This document shows, in pieces, positions 1 to 13,035 of a DNA stretch of 64,000 nucleotides. The notes under the pieces are model-generated. The model saw only the letters and a program-made list of their open reading frames with translations, was not told the origin of the DNA and ran no database searches. Both the position numbers and the translations under genes were made by a program. Source of the stretch: Eledone cirrhosa (lineage: Eukaryota); contig OZ024743.1 in the NCBI GenBank assembly GCA_964016885.1, positions 45,012,001 to 45,076,000 on the forward strand, given 5' to 3'. Numbering within the stretch: position 1 is the stretch's first letter; each line of letters starts with the position of its first letter.

Positions 1-134
1 TTACTCAGCTGTAGAAATGAGATGATAGGACTGGGGTCCCTATCATTAAATCACCCGAGACACCTCCAACGAGATATACATTGGAGGAGGCCAGCTAAAC
101 CTGCATAGATGTGAGCTGTCACACACACGCACAC

Positions 135-370
135 ACTTCTATGTTCAACTTTCCTGTCTTCAGTTCCTAGATAGATTCCAGTCCAGTATCCATAATGTCC
201 ATCATACTTCTATGTTCAACTTTCCTGTTTTCAGTTCCTAGATAGATTCCAAGCCAATATTTTTATTCGCGTTCTCAGTGTATCTGACATTACGTTCACC
301 ACTTATCCCTGTCCATTATTGGTATTCCGTTCCTTGATAGGTTTCAGCCCAATATCCTGACAAGACGTCC
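135..370. repeat. Short tandem duplication (~72 bp unit) with degenerate continuation
   Basis: cttctatgttcaactttcctg..tcagttcctagatagattcca occurs at ~136 and ~208; weaker copies follow. Confidence 0.6.
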
Positions 371-524
371 ACCACGATTTCCCACTCAATGTCATGGATC
401 AGCTATGATCAGCTCCGATGTTCCCTTTTCCGGATGTGCTACACAACGTCCTGATTGACAGAGTAGACATACTATGATATTTTCTCTTATCCTGGAAAGT
501 TTTGCATTGAGGCATTTGTTTGTT

Positions 525-685
525 AATATCATCATCATCATCATTTTACGTCCACTTTTCCCTGCTTGCAAGGGTGGAACGGGTCCTATTCAGCATCTCT
601 CCATTCGTCACGGTTCTTTGTCATCTCCTCCGTGAGCTTCAGCTAACTGTCAGCTCTCACCACCTCCGCCCATGTTTTTTGTGGG
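525..685 (-). mobile_element. 3' end of an RTE-like LINE with (GAT)n tail
   Basis: Minus strand reads PQKTWAEVVRAD...LTEEMTKNRDEW (RPxxTW...DRxxW C-terminal motif) followed by a (TGA)n tail. Confidence 0.55.
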
Positions 686-804
686 TATATAATATATAAC
701 ATCCATCCATAGGCACTGAACTCTTAATGGAGTCATAGCAATTTATACCGAGGAGAGCCCATCCATATCTATGTCAGAACACAACCGATTTCTCCGAGAG
801 AATG

Positions 805-920
805 AAGGCATGGGGACGAGAAGGAATCAAGAGGATTTGATCTCAGAACGGAGAAAGTCGGCACGAATACTGTAAAGCATTCTACCTGGTTTTCTCACGA
901 CTCTACCGACTCACTGCCTT
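805..920 (-). mobile_element. Degenerate SINE fragment
   Basis: ggatttgatctcagaacg...aaagcattc...gactctaccgac resembles the SINE copies at 14.4 and 60.2 kb. Confidence 0.5.
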
Positions 921-1324
921 ATATATAATATATAAAACAGTAAAGTAGTGTGATTGATTCAGTCGTCTGCCCCATTGCTTACAAATATTGGATTTGTGCC
1001 AATCAAAATATCAAATGTAATGATTTATTTTAAATTTGTTCATATATATTTTTTTTTTCCATCTAATAGTGATATGATTAGATTCGAGAAAGATATGCGT
1101 CAGTCGCTAGCGTTGTTGTTCTTTTTGTTGTTGTTTTTATGTCTGGCTGCTTTAAGTAAATATATTGAAATATATTGCAAGATTTCATTTATAGATTACT
1201 TCCCAGTCAATAGTTCCCGGTCTCCGCCAACGCAGAGACAGATCTTAGCCAATTCACATTTGGCAGTATTTATTTTAAAATTACAAAAACCTTAAAGTTA
1301 CTATAATGTTCAGTGTTTCACTAT

Positions 1325-1567
1325 ATGTTGTTGCTGTAGTTGTTATTGTTGTTCTTACTGTTGTTGTTACTGTTGTTGTTATTGTTGTTGTTGTTGCTGT
1401 TCTTGTTATTGCTGCTGCTTTTGTTGTTGCTGTTGTTGTTGTTCTTGTTGCTGCTGTTGCTGTTGTTGTTGTTGTTGTTGTTGTTGTTTTTGTTTTTGCT
1501 GTTGTTGCTGTTGTTGTTGTTGTTGTTTTTTTTGTTGTTGTTGCTGTTGCTGTTGTTGTTGCTAGCG

Positions 1568-1600
<33 letters not shown>

Positions 1601-1866
1601 TCTGTTGTTGCTGGTGTTGTTGTTGTTGTTGTTGCTGTTGTTGTTGCTAGCGGTGTTGTTGTTTTTGTTGTTGTTGTCGTTGCTGTTGCTGTTGTTGTTA
1701 CTAGCGTTGTTGTTGTTGTTGTTGTTGTTGTTGCTGTTGTTGTTGTCGTTGTTGCTGTTGTTGCTGTTATTATTGTTGTTGTTGTTGCTGTTGTTGTTCC
1801 TGTTGTATGTGTTGCTGTTATTGTTGTTGTCGTTGTTGTTGTTGATGTTGTTGTTGCTAGCGTTGC

Positions 1867-1914
<48 letters not shown>

Positions 1915-2075
1915 CTTTGTTGTTGTTGTTTTGCTGTTGGTGTTGTTACTGTTGTTACTGTGGTTGTTGTTCTTGATGTTGCTGCTGCGGTTGTTGTTGC
2001 TGTTGTTGTTGCTGGTGTTGTTGTTGTTGTTGCTGGTGTTGTTGTTGTTGTTGCTGGTGTTGTTGTTGTTGTTGC

Positions 2076-2109
<34 letters not shown>

Positions 2110-2163
2110 GCTGCTGCTCGTGTTGCTGTTGTTGTTGTTGTTGTTGTTGTTGTTGCTGGTGTT

Positions 2164-2194
<31 letters not shown>

Positions 2195-2490
2195 TTGTTG
2201 TTGTCGTTACTGTTGTTACTGTGGTTGTTGTTGTTGCTGCTGCTGTTGTTACTTTTGTTGCTGTTGCTCCTGTTGTTGTTGCTGTTGGTATTGTTACTGT
2301 TGTTGTAGTTGTAGTTGTTGCGCCTGTTGTTGTTGTTGTTACTGTTGCTGGTGTTACTGTTGTTATTGTTGTAGTTGTATTTGTTGCCACTGTTGTTGTT
2401 GTTGTTACTGTTGTTGTTGTTCATGTTGCTATTGTTGTTGTTGTTGTTGCTGTTGTTGTTACTGTTGTTACGGTTGTTACTCTTGTTGTT
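1325..2490. repeat. Long degenerate (GTT/AAC)n trinucleotide array
   Basis: About 1.17 kb of gtt interspersed with gct/act/att; yields poly-V/L/C and poly-N/T/Q ORFs in several frames. Confidence 0.97.
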
Positions 2491-2984
2491 TAGGTCAATA
2501 TCAACACTGATTACCATGATTTAAGCCATTTATTCTGCGACCATTACATCGGTGTTTAAAGGTGAGTCTCAAACTTTTACAGATTAGCCGCCGCCCAATA
2601 TCTTAGTAGCTTTTAAAATAAAATTATAACACGCCGCCATTAAAGACATTTAGTCAATTTGATACCAACTCCCCCAATTTGATACCAACCGACCTACATT
2701 TATGATACAAAACTGGCCATTTTCAAATATTCATAATTAATATTAAAAGCTTCCACCATAATTTCCCTGTTAAGTAATGCTGCAAACATCAGCTTACTAA
2801 TTAATAAATGGGAACACAGAAACAAAATAATTCATTAGGAATGCGGTAAGAAAAGGTTAATCCATTTATTGAATTTTACAGACAGCATTTGATAAAAAGT
2901 TTGGTACTCTCTCATCCAGGAAAAACTTGAACCGTTAAGATATCCTTAATGGATATGTCAATGGTTATAAAACAAACTTTGTAT

Positions 2985-3039
2985 TTTATCTGATGAGTGC
3001 GTACCAAAGTTTTGGTACCCTTGAAATATATATAATAGA
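2985..3039 (+). ncRNA. Type I hammerhead ribozyme (family A, palindromic UAUAUA stem III) in a PLE pLTR-like repeat
   Basis: tttat-CTGATGA-gtgc gtacca aagttt tggtac cctt-GAAA-tatata-TA-ataga; flanks shared with copies at 21.3, 26.1, 36.2 and 45.7-46.2 kb. Confidence 0.75.
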
Positions 3040-3096
3040 ATAAATATGGTTTTATAAATATAGTTTCCATTTATTAATGCCAGTGATATATATATA

Positions 3097-3171
<75 letters not shown>

Positions 3172-3172
3172 G

Positions 3173-3251
<79 letters not shown>

Positions 3252-3332
3252 GCTAAACAGAAATAACAACACAATCGGTACATTATATGGAAGGGATATA
3301 TTAGGTTAACGCTTGATATAGCAGGAAGAGGG

Positions 3333-3368
3333 TCTTAACGTTTCGGACGCTAGTCCTTCATCAGAAGA
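3333..3368 (-). ncRNA. Minimal type I hammerhead ribozyme
   Basis: Minus strand tctt-CTGATGA-a ggac tagc gtcc-GAAA-cg-TT-aaga, the classic minimal PLE-associated form. Confidence 0.85.
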
Positions 3369-4356
3369 AAGAACGAGAAATAAGATAGATTGAGGGGACG
3401 GGCGGGTTGGAATTGGAAAAAATGACTTTAGATAAAAATACAAAATTCGTTAGATTTTCTAATTGGATTTTCACCCCGAAACTGAATACCAACACGGAGT
3501 ATACCTGAACTTCCACCAGAAAATCTTTCCTATCCTTCAAATATATGTATATATATATATATATTATATATATATATATATGGGGGGGTATGCATGTATG
3601 TATGTGTGATGCGCGCGCGTATCTTGGTTCATGTACCTTAATTTTGCAAGTCAACAGATAGACATTAAAGAGGTACATAAAATAAAAGCTAGATTTGAAA
3701 AAATCAATACTGGCGTTATGATTGACTAAATTCCGGCATGGCTGCAGTCTACTACCAGAAACCAGTAATAGAATAAAACAATATATTGTATTGACGAGAC
3801 ATCTTAAAATGTTTTGATAAATTAACCTCATTTACAGAAATAAAATGGAAGTCATTCATGTGTTTTCATATAAAATTTTCGGTAGTTTCTTAATATCTAT
3901 ACCAATATTATCGTAATTTGGTGTCTAACTTGGTGTCTATATCGCGCTTACATATACATATACATATATATATAAATATATAAATATATATATGTATATA
4001 TATATCAGGATGTATGTAAGCCAAATTTATTAACTATATCTTGTCTCTGTTAAAATGTTATTGAATCACAAGGGTTACCCTTTTTAGACAAGGTTAAGTT
4101 TCATTTGTGAAGTTAGTAAGTTTTGTAAATAGCAAAGCATTGGTGAAATAAAGGAAAATAATTTCTACTGGGGACACAAGTCACATATTTGACTCTAATA
4201 CACTAGAGATTAGCACAACACGATTCAGTAAGTAGGAAACATGTGTGAGTGTGTGTATGCGTGTGTGTCTATGCGTTTGGATTCACACATACATACATAC
4301 ATATATATATATATGTATATGTGTGTATATATATATATACATATATATATACATAT

Positions 4357-4409
<53 letters not shown>

Positions 4410-4412
<3 letters not shown>

Positions 4413-5030
4413 ATGTATATATAATGTATTTTGCAATACACTTTATGCTTAATTAAAAGCATTTTGAAGACCGTAAGCTATTGTTTTAAAGTAGTGACAA
4501 ATTCACTCACTTTGATCTCAGCAAACAGGGGAGATAAGCCGACATGACATGTTTCGCTTTTGCTGAGATCAAAGTGAGTGAATTTGTCACTACTTTAAAA
4601 CAATAGCTTACGGTCTTCAAAATGCTTTTAATTAAGCATAAAGTGTATTGCAAAATACATTATATATACATCCATATATATATTGCTATTTCAGAGCTCC
4701 AATTCTAATTTTTAATTTCTGCCTGACCAACAACCGCTCTGCATAATCAGCTCCTGATTATTTACTAGATTTCTATAAGAATATAACATCATTGATCTCA
4801 GTAGACAGGCGGGGTAGTTGGCCTTGATAAGCTTCAACAAAAGCGAAACATGTCATGTCGGCTTATCTCCCCTGTTTGCTGAGATCAAAGTAAGTGAATT
4901 TGTCACTACTTTAAAACAATAGCTTACGGTCTTCAAAATGCTTTTAATTAAGCATAAAGTGTATTGCAAAATACATTATATATACATCCATATATATATT
5001 GCTATTTCAGAGCTCCAATTCTAATTTTTA
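4410..5030 (+). mobile_element. Non-autonomous PLE/retrozyme-like element: inverted segment plus partial tandem 316-bp unit, in (TA)n
   Basis: 4410-4562 is the reverse complement of ~4838-4990; 4562-4715 is repeated at 4878-5030. Confidence 0.8.
4820..4863 (+). ncRNA. Hammerhead ribozyme with U3-A8 variant core
   Basis: ggcc-TTGATAA-gctt caacaa aagc-GAAA-catg t catg-TC-ggct; GUC cleavage triplet. Confidence 0.75.
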
Positions 5031-5462
5031 ATATATATATATACATATAACAAAGCATACACACATGCGTATATATATATATATATATGCACATACACAC
5101 AAGCATGTATGTGTGTGAGTGAGTGAGTGGGTGTGTATGTATTTGTGTGTGTGTGTGTGTATAATTTCATTTATCGACTTGCAAGATGTCTCTTCTGGAG
5201 ACAAATACAAACACCATTAAGATCGTCAAAGGGTTCTAGTGATGACTTTGCGTGAGGAATCATCTTGCAGGATATCAAGTAGCTCTCGGAATATAATTAT
5301 TATACTGTGCCGTCAGAAGATCTTAATCGTGTTTAATAATTTGCTAACACCATTCCCTTATATCACCTGTATTATGTGTATATAAATATATATATTCATA
5401 TATATATATATATATATATATATTTAAATATATATATTCATATATATATATAAATATATATT

Positions 5463-5530
<68 letters not shown>

Positions 5531-5660
5531 TATACGTGTTTTGCAACGGGTCACTTTGTGGCTCAATGAAAAGTTAACGCTACGTCACGATACTTAGCCA
5601 TTTTTTAATGTATTCTTGGCGCGATCACTTCGGAAACTTTATTGTCTAAATTTGAGCTAA

Positions 5661-5737
5661 CTTCCTGAAGAGTCCGGTGCTCAAGGTTCCGAAGCGATCG
5701 CGGATATCTTAAAATGCGGACGAAGTCATGGTCGAGG
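5661..5737 (+). ncRNA. Hammerhead ribozyme, extended stem II, slightly decayed
   Basis: cttc-CTGAAGA-gtccg...cggac-GAAg-tcatgg-TC-gagg. Confidence 0.65.
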
Positions 5738-6399
5738 TAATTAAATGTGTTCACTTTTCTCCTAGTTTATTTTACACCTAATTCTGTTTATTTGACTGTA
5801 TATCTGGGCGATTACGCTGTCGAAATATTCGATAAATATTCCGTCGCAGCCGGCGCGAAGGGCTGGTTTCGGTTATTTGTTGGAGATTTCTTCATAGAAG
5901 CCTTATTCTTATAGCTTGGTCTATTCGATTTTTTTATATGGTTAATTATGCTAATTGGGAGAGGAAATGGTATATATTTTATCTGGTGATTCTATAGACA
6001 TGTTTTATGATCTATATATAAATATATATAATCATATATATATAAATATATATATTCATATATATATAAATATATATATATTTCATAAATATATAACATT
6101 AATATATATAGTCAATCAAACCAAAAATTATTTTGGGAAGGTCATGCTACTAATAAAGACACACGCACCTTAGTTTCACTATAATTATATTATTAGTTAG
6201 GTTACTAATCCATTCCTCAGTTATTTTAGTTACCTGATATTTATTTGGTTGAATTTGTCTGCCATGGGGCAGGGGATGTTCCATACTCACAACACTTGGC
6301 ACTGCAGGTTGACAAGGGTAATATATACACACTTATATATGCATATATGCGTATGTATACGCACTATTGGATGGCAGTGGAATCTTGTAAGTTCATCCA

Positions 6400-6560
6400 T
6401 ATTTTGGCGGGTTTTGATTTTCGCTCCGAAGCGTGTACAATATGCATCCTCCTCACCAAGCGAGCTTCGTTTTGTTGCAAGTTTAGCCGCCAACGACCCG
6501 ACCATGGAACAGGTTGAACAGAGTTACATGTTACGAGTTGCGCTCAAGAACCATCTGGAA
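6400..6560 (-). mobile_element. Degenerate 5' part of the RTE-related non-autonomous element seen at 40.3-43.1 kb
   Basis: cctcctcaccaag...gtttagccgccaacgacccgaccatggaacaggttg matches ~42340-42420. Confidence 0.6.
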
Positions 6561-6752
6561 AATATTGTTTATATATATATATATATATATAGGCTTAAAA
6601 ATGGAATGAGAATAAGACGAAAGCAAGAACGGCGGGGGGGGGGGGGATCCTCATCAGCTGTCTACTGGGGGTCTCGGATATTTCAATGCTTTAAAGTCAA
6701 TATATCTACCCCCAGAGCGTTCAATAACTGATATATATATATATATATATAA

Positions 6753-6838
<86 letters not shown>

Positions 6839-7175
6839 ATATATATGGAGAGATAGATGTGTGTGTGTGTGCATGAGTGCGTGGGTGTGTGTGTGTGTTT
6901 AGTTTTTCCTTACACAACCCTAACCAATGAAACAATACAACAAGCATAAACTAACCTACAATGCCTCATACACAGTACAATTATCCAGTTAAATGAAATT
7001 AAAATTTAAATTAATAAGATGACAAACTTTGTCAAGCCACCATCGCCTTGAATATCTCAATTCTGTTGAGATGTTTATACCAAATAAATTTATAGAACCT
7101 GTATTACACTAAAACCTTAATCCTATCGACATAAAAAAAGTCTTCTTATTAGAGTCTTTCAACGGGAAATGTCGT

Positions 7176-7356
7176 TTACGACCGTTTCATAGATGGGGGG
7201 CTCAGGATATATAAATGCTATAGACGTGACTCCCGGACGATCTACTCATCGATTTTGGCTTTGCTTGATTCACAAGTCTTATGAGCAGATCAGGCTGAAG
7301 TCGGGTCTATAGTATTTATATAAATCCTGAGCCATCCATTTGTGAAACGGTCGTAA
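7176..7356. mobile_element. Short fold-back element with decayed hammerhead-like motifs in both arms
   Basis: ttacgaccgtttca..ctcaggat.tataaat.ctatagac is inverted at 7300-7356; the + arm reads cttatga-gcagat...atttgt-GAAA-cgg-TC. Confidence 0.55.
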
Positions 7357-7624
7357 CAGTGTATAATTAATAAAGGCCTTAATGTGAAATATCACTTTAT
7401 TTTCAGTATACTCTACCTTGGGACAGTGTTCAATTTGGTACCCGTTTCAGTAAACAACTAATCTCCTGAACCACATGTATATATATTTATATATATATAT
7501 ACAGGGTGGTGGAAACATTTGGTTAATTTACTTGTAGTGATTAGTTTAGCTCTTTGCACTCTAAGATAGTCAGAAAACACCGATATGCGATAAACATATG
7601 TAGATGAATTATACCGCATATTCT

Positions 7625-7945
7625 AATAAGCTGGAGATCACACGCAACACTCGAAACCATCTACAGAGATTTGATTCCAATATCCCTCAGATTCAAGCAA
7701 AAAAGACTACAGTTTACTGGTCACTGTCATCGAGCCGACAAAGAAATCATTTCATCTCTCCTTCTGTGGAGTCCCTCGGGATGTGTCTATCCATGAAAAC
7801 TGACTTTCCCAGACACCATAGCTCGGGACTCAGGGTTGGACATAAAGGATCTTTGGACAGCAATGCATGAACGAACAATGTGGAAAGGGATTGTCAAGAT
7901 AGTTCCGACTGCCCACAGAGGAGTCGAAGGATAATGATGATGATT
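7625..7945 (+). mobile_element. RTE-clade LINE 3' fragment (internally deleted) with (GAT)n-like tail
   Basis: Translates to ...IYRDLIPISLRFKQKRLQFTGHCHRADKEIISSLLLW; near-identical to 10785-11023. Confidence 0.7.
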
Positions 7946-8115
7946 GGCAGCATGACCCCCAAAAAATAATTTTTATTGTGATTACTTTTAGGTCCGAGTT
8001 GAGGGAAACACAACTGGTTGCGGTTAGAGGGTGTGGTACATTCAGGTATCGACACCGATACACAAACACACTCACATACATACACACAAACACACACACA
8101 AATATACACACTTTG

Positions 8116-9892
8116 TATTTATTGGTAGATAAACTGGTATATACGTTATATCGGTATAAACGTTATATCTATGTATTGGAAGATAAACTGGTATATACGT
8201 TATATCGGTATAAACGTTATATCTATTTATTGGTAGATAAACTGGTATATACGTTATATCGGTATAAACCTTATATCTATTTATTGGTAGATAAATTGGT
8301 ATATACGTTATATCGGTATAAACGTTATATCTATTTATTGGTAGATAAACTGGTATATACGTTATATCGGTATAAACGTTATATCTATTTATTGGTAGAT
8401 ATACTGGTATATACGTTATATCGGTATAAACCTTATATCTATTTATTGGTAGATAAATTGGTATATACGTTATATCGGTATAAACGTTATATCTATTTAT
8501 TGGTAGATAAACTGGTATATACGTTATATCGGTATAAACGTTATATCTATTTATTGGTAGATAAACTGGTATATACGTTATATCGGTATAAACCTTATAT
8601 CTATTTATTGGTAGATAAATTGGTATATACGTTATATCGGTATAAACCTTATATCTATTTATTGGTAGATAAATTGGTATATACGTTATATCGGTATAAA
8701 CGTTATATCTATTTATTGGTAGATAAACTGGTATATACGTTATATCGGTATAAACCTTATACCTATTTATTGGTAGATAAACTGGTATATACGTTATATC
8801 GGTATAAACGTTATATCGGTATAAACGTTATATCTATTTATTGGTAGATAAACTGGTATATACGTTATATCGGTATAAACCTTATATCTAGTTATTGGTA
8901 GATAAATTGGTATATACGTTATATCGGTATAAACGTTATATCTATTTATTGGTAGATAAACTGGTATATACGTTATATCGGTATAAACGTTATATCTATT
9001 TATTGGTAGATAAACTGGTATATACGTTATATCGGTATAAACCTTATATCTATTTATAGGTAGATAAATTGGTATATACGTTATATCGGTATAAACGTTA
9101 TATCTATTTATTGGTAGATAAACTGGTATATACGTTATATCGGTATAAACCTTATATCTATTTATTGGTAGATAAATTGGTATATACGTTATATCGGTAT
9201 AAACGTTATATCTATTTATTGGTAGATAAATTGGTATATACGTTATATCGGTATAAACCTTATATCTATTTATTGGTAGATAAATTGGTATATACGTTAT
9301 ATCGGTATAAACGTTATATCTATTTATTGGTAGATAAACTGGTATATACGTTATATCGGTATAAACGTTATATCTATTTATTGGTAGATAAACTGGTATA
9401 TACGTTATATCGGTTTAAACCTTATAGCTATTTATTGGTAGATAAATTGGTATATACGTTATATCGGTATAAACCTTATATCTATTTATTGGTAGATAAA
9501 TTGGTATATACGTTATATCGGTATAAACGTCATATCTATTTATTGGTAGATAAACTGGTATATACGTTATATCGGTATAAACGTTATACCTTTTTATTGG
9601 TAGATAAACTGGTATATACGTTATATCGGTGTAAACGTTATATCTATTTATAGGTAGATAAACTGGTATAAACGTTATATCTATTTATAGCTAGATAAAC
9701 TGGTATAAACGTTATATCTATTTATAGGTAGCTAAACTGGTATAAACGTTATATCTATTTATAGGTAGATACACTGGTATAAACGTTATATCTATTTATA
9801 GGTAGATAAACTGGTATAAACGTTATATCTATTTATAGGTAGCTAAACTGGTATAAACGTTATATCTATTTATAGGTAGATAAACAGGTATA
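8116..9892. repeat. Minisatellite: about 28 units of 54 bp, then 6-7 units of 37 bp
   Basis: Unit tatttattggtagataaact + ggtatatacgttatatc + ggtataaacgttatatc (20+17+17); from ~9645 one 17-mer is lost. Confidence 0.95.
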
Positions 9893-10035
9893 TAATGACG
9901 TTAACATCCCAATAAATATTAGTTTCAACTCGGATCTGGCATTACATAGTCTAAGATAGCTATGTGGTAACCTACAAATACACTCACCTAATTCATTGTT
10001 AACAACCACCAAGCCCACAAGAGTGTATTATATGG

Positions 10036-10210
10036 ATTGGCAGTATCGGCAGAGGTGGACGCCATGCTTTGCAGCAAAGAGTTACGGCCCTTTATTGTCT
10101 GATTTCAAATCCCACCTATCATCCTTACGGGGTCGATAAAATAAAGTACCAGTAATATACTGGGATAATTGCTGGCCTTGTGCCAAAAGTAGAAACAATT
10201 ATTATTATTA
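10036..10210 (+). mobile_element. tRNA-derived SINE (main family) with (TTA)n tail
   Basis: tggcagtatcgg A-box, ttcaaatccc B-box, core catccttacggggtcgataaaataaagtaccag, tail gctggccttgtgccaaaagtagaaacaattattatt. Confidence 0.85.
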
Positions 10211-10552
10211 ACTAAAACTATACACGAATTTGTTCATTAAATAGATGTAGTAAATTCCTAAGTATTAATAATCTATTATTAGAGAAAATATTTAAAATCG
10301 TTTAACACAAAAAAAAACATTTATCAATTAATAAACATTGCTGACAACCAAAATCAAACAATAATACTCATTACACCATATATAATGATATACACACTAT
10401 AAACGGAATTAAAAATCAAAACGAAGAGGAGTCACTGAAAAGAATGAAGTGCCATTTGGAAGGTCACAGAATGTGTGACAAAAGACCTTTGGCAATTAAA
10501 GAACCATCCGCTGACTAAACTAACAGATGAATGGTTAGTTGCCTAATTAATA

Positions 10553-10626
10553 AATGTTTCTACTTTTGGTACAAGGCCAGCAATTACCCAGTGCATTACT
10601 GGTACTTTATTTTATCGACCCCGTAA
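10553..10626 (-). mobile_element. SINE 3' half
   Basis: Reverse complement of the SINE core and tail. Confidence 0.8.
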
Positions 10627-10669
10627 GTTGCCTAACTAATAATAACATTTCAATGAAACACAACTGGTG

Positions 10670-11023
10670 CATGTCATTGATTGAACCATTACTACTATAT
10701 GTATCAGAAACATGGACCTTATCTGTTCGTCTTGAAAGACGGCTGGATGGAGCATATACAAATCTGCTCAGAAGAATCAAAAACATAAGCTGAAGATCAC
10801 ACACAACACTTGAAACCATCTACGGAGATTTGATTCCAATATCCCTCAAATTCAAGCAAAAAAGACTACAGTTTACTGGTCACTGTCATCGAGCCGACAA
10901 AGAAATCATTTCATCTCTCCTTCTGTGGAGTCCCTCGGGATGTGTCTATCCATGAAAACTGACTTTCCCAGACACCATAGCACGGGACTCAGGGTTGGAC
11001 GTAAGGGATCTTGGGACAGCAAT
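10670..11023 (+). mobile_element. RTE-clade LINE RT C-terminal fragment
   Basis: EPLLLYVSETWTLSVRLERRLDGAYTNLLRRIKNIS*...RLQFTGHCHR (LYGxETW and GHxxR motifs). Confidence 0.8.
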
Positions 11024-11038
11024 GTATATATTATATGC

Positions 11039-11222
11039 ATTGGCAGTATCGGTAGAGGGTCGGACGCCATGCTTTGCAGCAAAGAGCTGCGTCCCTTTAT
11101 GGTCTGAGTTCAAATCCCGCCGAGGTAAACTTTGCCTTTCATCCTTACGGGGTCGATAAAATAAAGTACCAGCAATACACTGGGATAATTGCTGGCCTTG
11201 TGCCAAAAGTAGAAACAATTAT
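11039..11222 (+). mobile_element. tRNA-derived SINE, full length
   Basis: tggcagtatcggtagag...gagttcaaatcccgccgagg...gcctttcatccttacggggtcgataaa; the core resembles the conserved MetaSINE/Sauria-type domain (from memory). Confidence 0.9.
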
Positions 11223-11231
11223 ATGCAATGC

Positions 11232-11460
11232 AGCAAGGGCGGTGGATTAGCAAGGGCGGTGGATTAGCAAGGGCGGTGGATTAGCCCAAGACAAAATACA
11301 ACGCAGCATTTTTTCCGGATCTTTATGTTCTGATTTGAAATCTTGCTGACATTAACTTTACCTTTCATACTTTTGGGATCGATAAATAAAATATCAGGCA
11401 TGTACTGAAATATTTATGATCATCTTACCCCTTCATCGAAATTGCTGGCCTTGTGCTTAA
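11232..11460 (+). mobile_element. Older SINE subfamily copy with a triplicated 17-bp head
   Basis: (gcaagggcggtggatta)x3, then a degenerate B-box and core cctttcatacttttgggatcgataaa. Confidence 0.7.
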
Positions 11461-12837
11461 TTTTTATATCATTTTATTACACCTAAAATGTTTTTCTTGT
11501 ATTCATTTTGGCGTCAAAATAAGTACATAAATGAGAGTCTTTTAAAAATAATTGATGCAATCAAGCTATTTTCAATCTTACAAATAAGGTTTCACTTTAA
11601 GATTACAACCGTTTTTATTTTGTTTGAAATAAGGCGAATTCTTTTTCTTTTGGGACTTAATTTAGTTACACAAATCGAAAATGATTTTAGTAATTCAATG
11701 TTAAAAACCAAACGTGTAGTTTTCGGTTTGTTAGTGTTTGTAAATGATGTAGACTTTTTTTTTCTTTAAAAGATAATCGGTATATTTATTTAGCAAAATG
11801 ATGACACTTACAAACTAGTCGTGTATAATTCACAATAGAATTCGCGTGATAGAATTAGGACATTAATATCAATCAGTCTCACAGGCACCATGTTGTTATT
11901 ACGGTTTTTTTACCATTTTTATTGTGGTTGTTACCTTCTTTGCCAAGATTAGGTTTAATATTTGTCTGCTTCTGCTATGTTTTTTAGTTTCTTTATTTTT
12001 TTGTGTGTTACCAGAAGCTCGTTTGTGCTATCTTTCTAACAGTTTCTTGACAGTCGAAATTCATCTGTGAATCGTGAGCTCCCCTACAGGATAAGACTCA
12101 TTCACGTATTTGATTTCGTGCCGTGGTTGTGCACAGTAGTTTTCCGTTGCCTTCTACCAGATGGTATCCGGTTTACTCCATTACCCAATGTCATAAATGA
12201 CTCCACGTGGCAGCGATGGATTTGTTTAGTTTTCCCAAAGACATATGATAAGGAATAGTTTTAACTGGCGGTACATAGATGGCGCCATATGTTTACTGTT
12301 TCTTCAAACACAATCACTTAATCCATAATAAATAGCCTTGGTTCAATATTTCCCATTGAAGATGATGATGCTAGTAAATATGATTATGTTCAATCAGAAC
12401 TGATTAATTGTCGGTTAAACTACAAATAAACAATTATTTTTTCTGGATTATATTATTTCTCGTGGTTTACCAAGAAGATCAAATGATACTTAAACAGAAT
12501 GTGATTCTACTTAGAATTCTCATATTTATATTTGCTATTAGTGGCATTTTAAACGTCTACTAACAACATTGGCAATCTTCCAAGTATATTGCAGTGACGA
12601 TGCTATTTAAAGGAATAATAAGCTTTATTCTATTGACGTGGTAATTACGAAATAGAGAAATTATTAACCTCTTAGCCATCGTATCATATTTGTAATTAAT
12701 TGATCGAATTGTAGAAATATTACAGATAATAGCAAATAGCAAATCCTTTGTTATGTGGTGGAGAATTTTCCTTGGTAACAACGAGATTCTGTATTCGATT
12801 TCACTTCTGTTGTCATCTCGTCAGCAATCTATATTCT

Positions 12838-13035
12838 TGCTCACATCCAGTCTGGTATTCTGTTTTTTCTACTCACATTAAGTTCGGAATTCTCTATTTT
12901 TAATAACATCTGGTCCGTATTTTACTAGTTCTTGTAACATCTAGTTTAAACTTCTACTGTTTCTACTCACATCTAGTTCAGCATTTTACTGCAAACATCT
13001 AATCACGCATTCTACTATTGTTGTTCATATTTAGA
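12838..13035. repeat. Degenerate ~32-bp minisatellite
   Basis: Recurring t(c/a)acatctagttc...attctact units. Confidence 0.5.

Noticed and set aside
6635-6730. Hammerhead from CTGATGAGG on the minus strand (~6648-6657)
   Set aside because: No closing stem II or downstream GAAA; the sequence runs into a C/G homopolymer
8116-9892. CRISPR array or repeat-protein gene (ORFs 7978-8847 and 9069-9653)
   Set aside because: No unique spacers, no cas genes and a eukaryotic context; the ORFs arise only because the 54-bp unit lacks stops in one frame
11880-12780. Host exons in the non-repetitive stretch
   Set aside because: Only short ORFs with stops and no recognisable motif or convincing splice pair
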